Origin: an uncultured Candidatus Saccharibacteria bacterium
Lineage (GTDB): Bacteria > Patescibacteriota > Saccharimonadia > Saccharimonadales > UBA7683
Reading direction: 5' to 3'
Length of the DNA: 64,000 bases
Assembly: GCA_964397855.1 (NCBI GenBank)
Contig: CAYNKQ010000001.1
Location: 38,046-102,045 of the forward strand
The position numbers were made by a program, and so were the translations under genes. Positions 19,783 through 28,748 of the stretch are shown here, one piece after another; position 1 is the stretch's first letter; the number at the start of each line of letters is the position of its first letter. A model generated the notes under the pieces. That model was not told the origin of the DNA. It saw nothing but the letters and a program-made list of their open reading frames with translations, and did not search any database.

Positions 19783-20262
19783 ATGGCACAAAAAAAGCGA
19801 ATAAAAAAACTCAGAAACAAACAAAAAACCATATTTCAACAGATTGCTGAATACATGGTTGCGGGTGGCGCATTCTTCTGGAGTGGCTACCTGGCATTTG
19901 CACTATTCGACGCAGTCTTTGGTTGGCCGTTATTTGTTGCAAAGCAACTCGCCAACATTATTGGCCTTACCATTAACTATATCCTAGAAGACAGATGGGT
20001 GTTTAAACACAAAAAGGCACGAATTTCGTACGATAAACGCCGGACTCACCGTTATATAATCATCACCATTGTTAACTTTGGAATAGATTACGTGATCGTT
20101 TCGCAATTGAAGCAACACGGTATTACACCGTATCTCGGCCAGTTTGCGAGCGCGGGATTCTTCACTGTCTGGAACTTCATGTGGTACAAGTACTGGGTAT
20201 TTGCGCACCATCCTTCACGCAAAAAAGGTAAACGTCGTCCAGTTAAGAAGAAGAGGAAGTAA
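19783..20262 (+). CDS. GtrA family membrane protein (polysaccharide biosynthesis)
   Basis: 159 aa with four TM segments and the GtrA-like pattern (N.I....NY.L...WVF). Has a Lys/Arg-rich C-terminal tail. Confidence 0.7.
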   Translation: MAQKKRIKKLRNKQKTIFQQIAEYMVAGGAFFWSGYLAFALFDAVFGWPLFVAKQLANIIGLTINYILEDRWVFKHKKARISYDKRRTHRYIIITIVNFGIDYVIVSQLKQHGITPYLGQFASAGFFTVWNFMWYKYWVFAHHPSRKKGKRRPVKKKRK

Positions 20263-20702
20263 TGGCTGTTGTTCGCCCAACCAAAAAACAGCGCGAACTC
20301 CTGGTGTTTATTGAGCAGTTTGTGCAACAGCATGGCTACGGACCGAGTTATCGTGAAATTATGCGGGGTTGCAACTATAGCTCCGTAGCAACTGTTGCGG
20401 CACATGTAAATAATCTGATCTCTCGCGGTCACCTGAAAAAACGCGACAAGAGTGCTCGTTCACTTGAAGTCGTGAAACAAGATGGCGAAGTCTCTACGGC
20501 ACCGCAGCTCAAAATCACCGCAGCTAACGAAAAGTGGCTCATAGACATAATCGAAGCCAAGTTTAAAGAAGTCGAAACTGCCCCAAAGCTTGAACAGAGA
20601 AACATAGATCAACTTTACGTTGTAACAGGGGCGCTTGCTGTACTTGGCTTCGACGGCGCGGCGGTAGCGTTTAAAAGCCGCCTCAAAGAACTAGAAAAAT
20701 AG
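20262..20702 (+). CDS. LexA-type DNA-binding domain protein lacking the S24 peptidase domain
   Basis: 146 aa. The N-terminus LTKKQRELLVFIEQFVQQHGYGPSYREIMRGCNYSSVATVAAHVNNLISRGHL matches the LexA winged-HTH. The C-terminal 70 aa have no Ser-Lys dyad motifs. Confidence 0.6.
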   Translation: MAVVRPTKKQRELLVFIEQFVQQHGYGPSYREIMRGCNYSSVATVAAHVNNLISRGHLKKRDKSARSLEVVKQDGEVSTAPQLKITAANEKWLIDIIEAKFKEVETAPKLEQRNIDQLYVVTGALAVLGFDGAAVAFKSRLKELEK

Positions 20703-20760
20703 CAACTTATGTTTGACTACTGTTGATCAAACCAATATAATCTATTCACGTTCACTATAA

Positions 20761-20801
20761 ATATTCCGACGTAGTCCGCCAGCTGGCGGACGGGACGCTG
20801 T
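20761..20801 (+). other. Duplicated 5-prime fragment of tRNA-Asn (acceptor 5-prime strand and anticodon-stem start), with the D-arm replaced by a perfect palindrome
   Basis: ATATTCCGACGTAG (20761-20774) is identical to 21048-21061. GGGACGCTGT (20792-20801) is identical to tRNA positions 21076-21085. Between them lies TCCGCCAGCTGGCGGAC instead of the D-arm. Confidence 0.5.
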
Positions 20802-20815
20802 ATAATATATTTACC

Positions 20816-21061
20816 ATGTACGTGTATGCACTTTACAATCGGATAAATAAGAAAATCTATATTGGTCAGACGGCTAATCTAGAAAAACGACTTACTGAAC
20901 ATAATGAGAAATATGGTAATCATTTTACTGCAAAAGTTCAGGGCGAATGGGAGTTGATTTATAATGAGTCAGTTGCCACTCGCTCTGAGGCCATTAAGCG
21001 CGAAAAGCAATTAGAAAGCTTCAGGGGCAGAGAGTTTATCAAAATACATATTCCGACGTAG
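20816..21061 (+). CDS. GIY-YIG nuclease family protein
   Basis: 81 aa. MYVYALYNRINKKIYIGQTANLEKRLTEHN is a typical GIY-YIG core (Y..Y.....IYIG.T.NL.RR...H). The stop overlaps the first 10 nt of tRNA-Asn. Confidence 0.75.
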   Translation: MYVYALYNRINKKIYIGQTANLEKRLTEHNEKYGNHFTAKVQGEWELIYNESVATRSEAIKREKQLESFRGREFIKIHIPT

Positions 21062-21126
21062 CTCAGTGGTAGAGCGGGACGCTGTTAACGTTTAGGTCGC
21101 TGGTTCGAATCCAGCCGTCGGAGCCA
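21052..21126 (+). tRNA. tRNA-Asn (anticodon GUU)
   Basis: Manual fold. Acceptor TCCGACG/CGTCGGA, D-arm GCTC-AGTGGTA-GAGC, anticodon arm GGACG-CTGTTAA-CGTTT (two G-U pairs), variable loop AGGTC, T-arm GCTGG-TTCGAAT-CCAGC, discriminator G and encoded CCA. Confidence 0.85.
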
Positions 21127-22707
21127 GAATCTCTGAAACTCATTATTAGAACCGTCTTCCATCTGTTGGGGGGCGGTTCTAACCATTTCAGATACTGATA
21201 CCTTGTGATCATTCATCTTTTCGATGGGAACAAAGAGATTATTAGGGGTAAATGTGATGGTTCTATCCATCAATGAAAGTCTTTCACCAAGCTTGAATAT
21301 CACAGATCGTTTCTTTTCATGATCATCAGAGTCGAAGTCTTCCTTGGCGTATCTTGCAAAAGTAAAAACTTCATCTGCAGTTTCGCGCCAGTTTCTAGCT
21401 TCGTATTCTGACTTGCTCCGCTGATCTTGTAGTTTTTTAAGTGTCGATTCAAGTTGGGCAAGCTCTGCGAAATACCATGCGTCGTCATCAGCCTCGCCAC
21501 TGTACCTCATGCGTCTAAGGCTGGATATCGAAAGTGTTTTTTTATGAATAGCACGCTCCACTTCAAGCAACTTAGATTTTTCTTTAGCTACTATAAAATC
21601 TTCCTCCTCTGCTAGGGCCTCGATAGCTAACCTATAGAAATCCGGATCTATAGTAAACTTTTCTAGCTTTAACTTGATTTGATTAACTAACTCCTGCTCC
21701 GTCACGCAATAACTTCTTTGGGCACACTTTTGCCTGGTACTCTTACCGGTGCAATGATAATAGATATACTCACGAAGCTCGCCATTTGATTTAAGTTTCT
21801 TAGTCTTAAGCTCGGCTGTAACTCCATACCCGCACTCACCGCATTTAAGCAGGTTCCTTAATAAGAACGTCTGACTTTTGTTCTTTGGTCTAGTTGTGTG
21901 CCCAGGATCAATAATCTCTTGCACTCTCTTAAACTCCTCCTCAGTAACCATGGGGACCTGGTTACCCTTGTAAACATTACCTAAAAAACTTAATTTTCCC
22001 GTATAGAAAATGTTTTTAAATACTGTATGAAGCGTAGAGTAGGCAAGTGCTTTTCCGCCAGTCTTCCCTCGACGCGGCGTTAAAATCAAAAGTTCTTTTT
22101 CTGCAACATCCACCAGTTGAGCCACAGAGTAAGTTCCAGTCAACATTTTATCCCAGAGCGTACGGATCTTAGGAAATAGTTCCGGATCTGGGACTATTGT
22201 TTTTGCGAGTCGATCGTTGAGATAGCCAATTGGTGGGATCCCAGGCTTGTCCCCTTTGAGGGCTTTAGACTTCATACCCCTTTTAGTGTTTGCTGCTAAT
22301 TCACGGATGTACTGGTTGGACATACCAGCTTCCACGCTCAGTAGTAACGCGTTGTCTGACGGAGTATATGCTTTATCGGATGTCTGTATCATCTGCAACT
22401 TACCATCTTGAAGTAACTGCTGAAGCCTGCCGCTATCGGTGGGGTTACGAGATAAACGATTGAATTGCCAGCAAAGTATTGCGTTTATTGAACCATTCTC
22501 GATAAGCGACATCATTCGTTCGAACTCAGGTCTATTGCCTGGTAGTTTTGCAGATTTCGATTCTACGAACTTCTCCACCATCATTAGATTCTTTTGCCTG
22601 GCTAATTCACTCATAAGTCGAGTTTGGTCTTCAAGCGATTGAACCTGTTTGTCTTCTGTGTCTGTTGACTTACGTACATACAAGCCAAATTTTAATAGTT
22701 TATCCAT
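21085..22707 (-). CDS. Large serine recombinase (resolvase N-terminal catalytic domain, recombinase domain and zinc-ribbon, with a coiled-coil C-terminus)
   Basis: N-terminal MDKLLKFGLYVRKSTDTEDKQVQSLEDQ is the resolvase catalytic-Ser region. Also has C..C..C/H zinc-ribbon motifs (CGECGYGV...YYHCTG). Start set at ATG 22707, which has a good RBS (AGGAGA). The ORF track extends to 22884. The 3-prime end overlaps tRNA-Asn positions 34-75. Confidence 0.85.
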   Translation of the reverse strand: MDKLLKFGLYVRKSTDTEDKQVQSLEDQTRLMSELARQKNLMMVEKFVESKSAKLPGNRPEFERMMSLIENGSINAILCWQFNRLSRNPTDSGRLQQLLQDGKLQMIQTSDKAYTPSDNALLLSVEAGMSNQYIRELAANTKRGMKSKALKGDKPGIPPIGYLNDRLAKTIVPDPELFPKIRTLWDKMLTGTYSVAQLVDVAEKELLILTPRRGKTGGKALAYSTLHTVFKNIFYTGKLSFLGNVYKGNQVPMVTEEEFKRVQEIIDPGHTTRPKNKSQTFLLRNLLKCGECGYGVTAELKTKKLKSNGELREYIYYHCTGKSTRQKCAQRSYCVTEQELVNQIKLKLEKFTIDPDFYRLAIEALAEEEDFIVAKEKSKLLEVERAIHKKTLSISSLRRMRYSGEADDDAWYFAELAQLESTLKKLQDQRSKSEYEARNWRETADEVFTFARYAKEDFDSDDHEKKRSVIFKLGERLSLMDRTITFTPNNLFVPIEKMNDHKVSVSEMVRTAPQQMEDGSNNEFQRFWLRRLDSNQRPKR

Positions 22708-22974
22708 GAATTGTTCTCCTCTTAGAACCAAAAAGGGCGGCCTGGTTGTTGTAACATCCAGTAGCAAAAAGCCACTTTCCGTACCAAGCCGCCCGTTAGA
22801 GGACAGAAAATATAATAGCTTTTGCCAAGACCTGAATGTTACAACGTTAATATTGTATCTAAATTTATACTTACTGGCGAGCAAATCTTTATTAATAGAA
22901 ACTTGAGTGAAGATACCTTGACAGTCATGATATCTTTAATAAAGATCTAATAAATAAAGATATAATCGCGCTAA

Positions 22975-23328
22975 CTAAAATTCTAAACTTCTTAACTCTT
23001 CATTCAGTTGGTCGTGAGTTAGATCTGAAAGCTCAGCGATTGCGGGTATTTCTGTTTCGCCAGTATAGTACTTAACTGCCGCGATACAGGCGGCTTCAAT
23101 CTCTTTCCAAAGTGTTGATTGCTTAGCGAACTCCAACTGTCTGAAACTTTTTCCACTCTTTGAAGTACCTTGGGGAGTAAGAACACCCCATGATGGATGC
23201 TTACTGCCGGGCGCGAATACCATTAAGCCGTTTATATACATACCTAGACTTGGAATTGACACCTTAACCCTAAACCCACCATTTGGAATTTCCATGTGAA
23301 CCGCGGCTTCTATACCAAATTTACTCAT
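22975..23328 (-). CDS. Hypothetical protein (last gene of a three-gene minus-strand operon)
   Basis: 117-aa ORF overlapping the upstream ORF by 8 nt. No recognisable motifs. Confidence 0.4.
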   Translation of the reverse strand: MSKFGIEAAVHMEIPNGGFRVKVSIPSLGMYINGLMVFAPGSKHPSWGVLTPQGTSKSGKSFRQLEFAKQSTLWKEIEAACIAAVKYYTGETEIPAIAELSDLTHDQLNEELRSLEF

Positions 23329-23545
23329 GTTTTTTCACTTGCCGTTGCACTATTCTAATTAATTCTGCAAGCTCACGAAGTCCTTTACTGGCCGTGTCAA
23401 AGTCGATCTCTTCACCATACTTTTTTCTATATAGACGCTTAAATTCTTTAACCAAGGTAACGTTGATGTTCATTGCATCTCCTGTACATGAAAACCGCCT
23501 GACAGAATGGCTGTTCGTCAGACGGTTATCTTTGCCATTCCGCAA
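23321..23545 (-). CDS. Small hypothetical protein
   Basis: 74-aa ORF. The likely start is the internal Met (MNINVTLVKEFKRLYRKKYGEEIDF...). Basic and helical. Confidence 0.3.
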   Translation of the reverse strand: MRNGKDNRLTNSHSVRRFSCTGDAMNINVTLVKEFKRLYRKKYGEEIDFDTASKGLRELAELIRIVQRQVKKHE

Positions 23546-23617
23546 CCAATAATGGCGAAAGTAGGCGATCTATTCACTAGTTAGACTAGTAAGGTACTAG
23601 ATTTACATAAGGTGGTA

Positions 23618-24409
23618 CTAACGGGTGCTAAGTTTTTGTATTATTACGAGCTCACTTGGTGTTAATAATGCTCTACTTTTTAGCATTATGGATTTTGATC
23701 GAACCTCGGCGAACATACTAAGTGCGTTACCCTCACCAAAAACGTTTTTTCTGAAATACTGGTTTAGGTTTGCAGTATTCTTTTGTAGTTGAACATTCTT
23801 AAGACTAAACTGAAGCTCTTTCAATGAAATTTCTTGGTTAAAATTCTTGCATGCGTATGATATCACTGCCTGGGGAACACTGCCGTCAACTAGTGACTGC
23901 AGTCTATAGGTGTCATTGCCTACTCTAACAGAAGGGGTTGAGCCGCTGCTAATTTCAATTTCTGCACTAACTCCGTGAGTAGTTGGGTTAAACCCGTGCA
24001 GTTCACAAAATCTTTGAAAATTCGAATACTCGAATCCATCTAGCCATCGTTCATATTCGTACTCTCGATGGGCAGGATCAGTCTTGTACCAATCTCCATA
24101 GAGTAGCTGGTCATTTCCGTGTACTTCAAAGTAGTCTAGTTGCTGGCTTCTGTATCGATTTTCTAGACTTCGACTTTTTATGACACCTGCTTTCGTTAGT
24201 GTTTCTAGCGCGCGGTCTTCGTCCCATACATTCTGCAGGTTTACTTCAGTAGACAAGGCCTCTTCCCAATCAAAGCGCCATCTTCTGTCCTCGAAATCGT
24301 GACCTTCAAGAAATAATTCATTCAGTTTAAATAAAACTCGATTAATCCAGGTTGTATTATTTGCCATTCCGCAGACATTATACCCTGATGTAGCTAAACC
24401 TACTATCAA
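23618..24409 (-). CDS. Hypothetical protein, Trp/Tyr-rich, no recognisable domain
   Basis: 263-aa ORF. First gene of the operon adjacent to the recombinase. Confidence 0.4.
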   Translation of the reverse strand: MIVGLATSGYNVCGMANNTTWINRVLFKLNELFLEGHDFEDRRWRFDWEEALSTEVNLQNVWDEDRALETLTKAGVIKSRSLENRYRSQQLDYFEVHGNDQLLYGDWYKTDPAHREYEYERWLDGFEYSNFQRFCELHGFNPTTHGVSAEIEISSGSTPSVRVGNDTYRLQSLVDGSVPQAVISYACKNFNQEISLKELQFSLKNVQLQKNTANLNQYFRKNVFGEGNALSMFAEVRSKSIMLKSRALLTPSELVIIQKLSTR

Positions 24410-24602
24410 TCTGTGGCAATGGGTTTTATAATCAGAGAGTCTAAATCAACAAGAAGAACAAACCTTCGTGGTTCTTTGATTGCTTCCAGTAATGGGCAGC
24501 CAGTCGAAATCAGTAGGAAGCAATTCTTGTTGTTGGTTTAGACACCTTAGATTGGCTGTCCTTTTTTAGTGTCAGCATGAATAATTTACAAAAGGAGTAT
24601 TT

Positions 24603-24905
24603 ATGAAGTTCGTATATTTTGGCCTAATTCCGTTTCTTCTTACAGCCTGGTTTGTGTACAGGGAGCATTACAAGGTAGATTCAGGACCTGACCCCCTTGG
24701 TAGCAAAGACTTTAGAAACACGAACTTGGTCTTTTTGTTAATTGCTACCTGTTTCTATATGTGGCGGTTTAGTTTGGGAGCAGGTTTACTCACGGGGTTC
24801 GCGGTTTTACTTGCCAGATATTTTTGGGGTAGCGCTATTAAGACAATTAAAAGGCATGAATCTACCAACCAAGCTCCGAGAGTCAACAAGAAAGGGAATA
24901 GATGA
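24603..24905 (+). CDS. Small membrane protein
   Basis: 100 aa with three hydrophobic helices. RBS AAGGAG 8 nt upstream. Confidence 0.4.
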   Translation: MKFVYFGLIPFLLTAWFVYREHYKVDSGPDPLGSKDFRNTNLVFLLIATCFYMWRFSLGAGLLTGFAVLLARYFWGSAIKTIKRHESTNQAPRVNKKGNR

Positions 24906-25306
24906 TCTTCACTTTTTTGTTTATTTTGTTCACGCTTGTGGTTGTAAACGCCTTTCGCGATCGCAAGAAATAGCTTCCTGCTGGGGGTATCTTTTACTCT
25001 TATAAACCCCATATGGGAACCCAAAAATAAATGGGGTTGGTGCTAACGCGCGCTTTAAAGTTGCCTGCATTTTAGATTGATCTCTACTCGCTACGCTCAT
25101 TCTATGAGCTGCGAGGTGGTGTATATATAAAACCTGCCTGGGCTACTGTTAGGTGCCTGATATTTTTACGGCATAAGCATTTAAGCATCAACTGACATTT
25201 ATACAACGTTGATATACAAAGCAGGGCAGCGGAGTTATAATCAGCTAAGCAATGTAAGTACTGGCCCAGCCTTTCCACTTACAGGCTTATTAACAAGGCT
25301 GCACAC

Positions 25307-25987
25307 TCACTGGGAGTTCAAGGGTTGGATGTAGCTTGCTTCGTCAGACCGTGAACTATTCACGTCCCTGCTCACCTCAACTATGTTTAACATTCCGTCT
25401 TTGTAAGGTTTCATCAGCTGTGATATTGCATCTGGTTCATCAAGCGAAGGCTCTAGCCATAAAGACGTATCGTCCGGCTGCAAAATTACGGGCATCCTAT
25501 CATGGACTTTGCTCATTTCTTTATTTGGTTCTGTGGTGATGATTGAATAAGTACCCCAGTCATGACCTTCTGCATCTTTCCAGTGGCCGTACACGCCAGC
25601 AAATGCAAACAGTTCCTGATCCTTCGGCTGTATAAAGAATGGTTGTTTGTCACCCTTGGCACCCTTCCACTCATAGAAGCCGTTCGAGGGCACTAAGCAC
25701 CTTTGAAACTTAATAGCTTTACTCCAAGACCTTTTTTCAAACACACCCTCTGCACGAGTGTTAAACATCTTGTATTTGAACATATCTTTAGAGTCTTTCA
25801 TCCAAGGGGTCATGAAGCCCCACTTCATTTGCTCAACATGATTGCCGCCATCCTTCTGAAGGATGATAGGCACCAGTTGACTCGGTGCTATGTTGTAACG
25901 TTCTTTGAACCCAGCAACTTCTTTCTCGGGCACCTTGAACAGGTGGGGTATTTTACCTGTTTGATATAGGGTATAACGTCCGCACAT
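25307..25987 (-). CDS. SOS-response-associated peptidase (SRAP/YedK/HMCES family) abasic-site processing protein
   Basis: 226 aa starting MCGRYTLYQ (catalytic Cys2). Also has the conserved ...FNTRAE...GFYEW... SRAP motifs. Confidence 0.8.
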   Translation of the reverse strand: MCGRYTLYQTGKIPHLFKVPEKEVAGFKERYNIAPSQLVPIILQKDGGNHVEQMKWGFMTPWMKDSKDMFKYKMFNTRAEGVFEKRSWSKAIKFQRCLVPSNGFYEWKGAKGDKQPFFIQPKDQELFAFAGVYGHWKDAEGHDWGTYSIITTEPNKEMSKVHDRMPVILQPDDTSLWLEPSLDEPDAISQLMKPYKDGMLNIVEVSRDVNSSRSDEASYIQPLNSQ

Positions 25988-26037
25988 ATGACATATTGTA
26001 CTCCTATTAAATCTTTGGAACTTTCTTATCTCTCTAC

Positions 26038-26448
26038 TTAAACCACATCTTGGCGGATAGGGAATATCGGAGATGTGAACCTATCTTGGCTTACAGGGGT
26101 AGTTTCAGCCTCGGCGTCTAAAGCTTCGTTGCGTAAGCCGACGCATAAATCATCTAATGCAGTTGATCCTTTGACAACCATGGCCATTAGGCCCACGTAG
26201 GTACCTATTCTTGTGGGCTCCCTTCCTTCTAAGAGTTCGTTAGATAGTAATACTACCAGTGGTTGACAGATAATTATGCCCGTCCACATATAGAAGTTCG
26301 CTCCACCCTTAGCAAGAATCTCTGCCGCTCTACCTTCCCTCCACGACTTCTCTTGTGGAAGCGCAGGCTGATCCTGTTCAATTAACACTCCTGGGTTATA
26401 CATAACATAACTATAGCATAAATATAATAATAAAGCAAGGACAATCAT
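26038..26448 (-). CDS. Hypothetical membrane protein
   Basis: 136-aa ORF upstream of and co-oriented with the SRAP gene. Two hydrophobic segments. Confidence 0.35.
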   Translation of the reverse strand: MIVLALLLYLCYSYVMYNPGVLIEQDQPALPQEKSWREGRAAEILAKGGANFYMWTGIIICQPLVVLLSNELLEGREPTRIGTYVGLMAMVVKGSTALDDLCVGLRNEALDAEAETTPVSQDRFTSPIFPIRQDVV

Positions 26449-26707
26449 GTACGAACTTATAAATGAACCAGTAGATATGATCGCTATTTTTGGTAAATCA
26501 TTCCACGACCTTAAGCCTTATCGTTTTCGTTGGGCCGACAAAGAGTACCTGATTACTAAAATTGGATATAAGCACAAAACTAAAGAAGGAAAGAAGGTAA
26601 TCCATGTTTTCTCGGTAACCGACGGAGTTAACTTCTTCGAGCTCCGTTTCGATGCAGACGACATAGGCTGGGTACTTGGGAGGACCTGGGATGGCGAAGC
26701 CAATTAA
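26447..26707 (+). CDS. Small protein translationally coupled to the Y-family polymerase (YolD/UmuD-surrogate-like accessory factor?)
   Basis: 86-aa ORF overlapping the downstream polymerase ORF. The arrangement mirrors small-partner/UmuC-like pairs on mobile elements. No motif-level support. Confidence 0.3.
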   Translation: MYELINEPVDMIAIFGKSFHDLKPYRFRWADKEYLITKIGYKHKTKEGKKVIHVFSVTDGVNFFELRFDADDIGWVLGRTWDGEAN

Positions 26708-27971
26708 TCCCTACGGCTTAGGCTTAAACACTGAAGATCCTCGCATGATGCACATAGATATGAATAGCTGTTTCGCAAGTGTGGAGCAGCAAGCTAATCC
26801 GCTCCTGCGCGGTCGTCCGGTCGCGGTTTCGGCGTACGATTCACCTGGAGCAATAATCATCGCACCATCAATAGAGGCAAAGGCTATGGGTATTAAGCTT
26901 GGAATGACAAACGCAGAAGGCAAAGGTATATGTCCTGATCTGGTGGTCCTCACGCCCGATCCTATGAAGTATCGTGACGCAAATATTCGCTTCAGAAACA
27001 TATTTCAAAGTTATACCGATAAAGTAGCCCCAAAGTCGATTGACGAGGCTGTGATGGACTTCAGGGGGTCTCTGGCGATAAAAAATAAGACCATGATCGA
27101 TATAGGGAGGGAGATCAAACAGAGAGTGAAGGTGGAGATTGGAGAGTGGATACAGGTCAACGTAGGAATTGGCACAAGTCGTTGGACTGCAAAGATGGCG
27201 GCGGGCTTGCATAAACCCAATGGCTTGGACGTGCTTACGCACAAAAACCTACTTGATGTATACGGGCATCTACAACTGACTGACCTTACAGGAATTAGTA
27301 GACGAAACGAAGCTCGCTTAAACTCATACGGGATCTATACACCCTTAGACTTTTATAATGCGCCCGTCGACCTACTGAAAAAACAAGTGTTTCAGTCAAT
27401 CGTTGGCTACTATTGGTATGTTGAGCTTCGCGGTTGGGAAATGCATGATATCGATACGAGTCGCAGGTCCTTTGGCCACACCTATGCGCTAGGGAAGAAA
27501 ACGGTCGACAAGGCAAAGCTAGCACCTATGCTCATGAAGCTCTGCGAGAAGACCGGCAGACGGCTTCGTAGGCATGGGTATTATGCTCAGGGTATTCACG
27601 TGTCATTCGTCTACTACGACCATACATACTGGGGTAAAGGTAGGCGGGTAAGGGCGCCGCTATATACAACACAAGATATTTTTAAACACGCAATGCTGAT
27701 ATTCAACATGCAGCCACATCGCAAGATCGTAACCAATTTGTTTGTGACAGTGTACGATCTCGCCAGCAATGAATACCTCCCCAAAAGTCTGTTTGATGTT
27801 GGCAAGATGGACGTGGTTGCTCGTTCAAGGGCATTTGACGATATCAATGATCGCTATGGCGAGTTCACGGTAATACCTGCTGCGATGTTGGATGCAAAAG
27901 ACATCATTTTAGATCGCGTAGCGTTCGGTGGCGTTAAAGAACTGGAAGATCTTTATAACAACACCTTATAG
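26676..27971 (+). CDS. Y-family translesion DNA polymerase (UmuC/UvrX-like)
   Basis: HIDMNSCFASVEQQANPLLRGRPVAVS...IIAPSIEAKAMGIKLGM matches the UmuC/DinB N-terminal palm. The probable true start is the MM at 26748. Confidence 0.8.
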   Translation: MGGPGMAKPINPYGLGLNTEDPRMMHIDMNSCFASVEQQANPLLRGRPVAVSAYDSPGAIIIAPSIEAKAMGIKLGMTNAEGKGICPDLVVLTPDPMKYRDANIRFRNIFQSYTDKVAPKSIDEAVMDFRGSLAIKNKTMIDIGREIKQRVKVEIGEWIQVNVGIGTSRWTAKMAAGLHKPNGLDVLTHKNLLDVYGHLQLTDLTGISRRNEARLNSYGIYTPLDFYNAPVDLLKKQVFQSIVGYYWYVELRGWEMHDIDTSRRSFGHTYALGKKTVDKAKLAPMLMKLCEKTGRRLRRHGYYAQGIHVSFVYYDHTYWGKGRRVRAPLYTTQDIFKHAMLIFNMQPHRKIVTNLFVTVYDLASNEYLPKSLFDVGKMDVVARSRAFDDINDRYGEFTVIPAAMLDAKDIILDRVAFGGVKELEDLYNNTL

Positions 27972-28004
27972 TTGCCTTCAGAAATTCAGTATATGAAGTC
28001 AGGG

Positions 28005-28748
28005 CTATTTACCAAATAACTGGTCCAACTTTCCAAGTTCCCGCTGCTGTGTGTCAGCGTCAGAGTACATCTCCGTGATCTCGGATCTCTTAACCGCGTA
28101 AATATTTTCACTTTTAGACCACTTAACCATTTGTTCTCTGCGACGCCGTGTAAACTCTGGCTGTATTTTTGATGAGATTATTTCTATCGGAGCCCCGGTT
28201 TGTGTCGCCAAGCTTCTTGAGGTTTGAGCGTAGTTCTGAGATATCTCTTCCAGAATCTGACGATGAGTAGACTCGTAGACAATCACATCCATATCGATAT
28301 TATCAAGGGGATTGCTGGACTTTAGCTTACGCTTTAGGTCTTCAAGATCCGCCTGAATACTAGGCAGAAACTCGTGAAGAGGTTTACTCGGTTGGCCGTG
28401 GTGAGTTTGTTTGTATTCAGGAAAAGCGTCTTCTTGAGCTCCTCGGTAATATGCAGTGAGATTTCTATTTTTCTCGAAAAGGAAAAAATCCTCTGCATGT
28501 GTTTGGTCTGGTTTCATGTAGCGTATGCCAACGCCTATGGATTCGTTCTCAGTAGAGGTTGGGTAGGAAATGGTAATCTCGACCTTTATACCAGTTTTGC
28601 GATCAATTACTATGCCGTAGCTGTTTAAAAGTTCACCGATTTTGTAGCCCCAAGGATTCAGGAGCCCGCCTTGAGCCGCATCTACAATTACTTTAACTTC
28701 ATCGTAAGCCTTTGAAGAGTCCTTAATAACTTTGCCAGGTTTACTCAT
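28005..28748 (-). CDS. Hypothetical protein, downstream partner of the TIR-like gene (candidate effector/sensor)
   Basis: 247 aa, soluble, no TM and no recognisable catalytic motif. Its start overlaps the stop of the upstream gene by 8 nt. Confidence 0.45.
   Translation of the reverse strand: MSKPGKVIKDSSKAYDEVKVIVDAAQGGLLNPWGYKIGELLNSYGIVIDRKTGIKVEITISYPTSTENESIGVGIRYMKPDQTHAEDFFLFEKNRNLTAYYRGAQEDAFPEYKQTHHGQPSKPLHEFLPSIQADLEDLKRKLKSSNPLDNIDMDVIVYESTHRQILEEISQNYAQTSRSLATQTGAPIEIISSKIQPEFTRRRREQMVKWSKSENIYAVKRSEITEMYSDADTQQRELGKLDQLFGK

Noticed and set aside
22708-22884. The ORF-track N-terminal extension of the serine recombinase
   Set aside because: The catalytic resolvase domain starts at the internal Met (MDKLLKFGLYVRKS), which has a strong RBS. 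The upstream 59 codons lack support.
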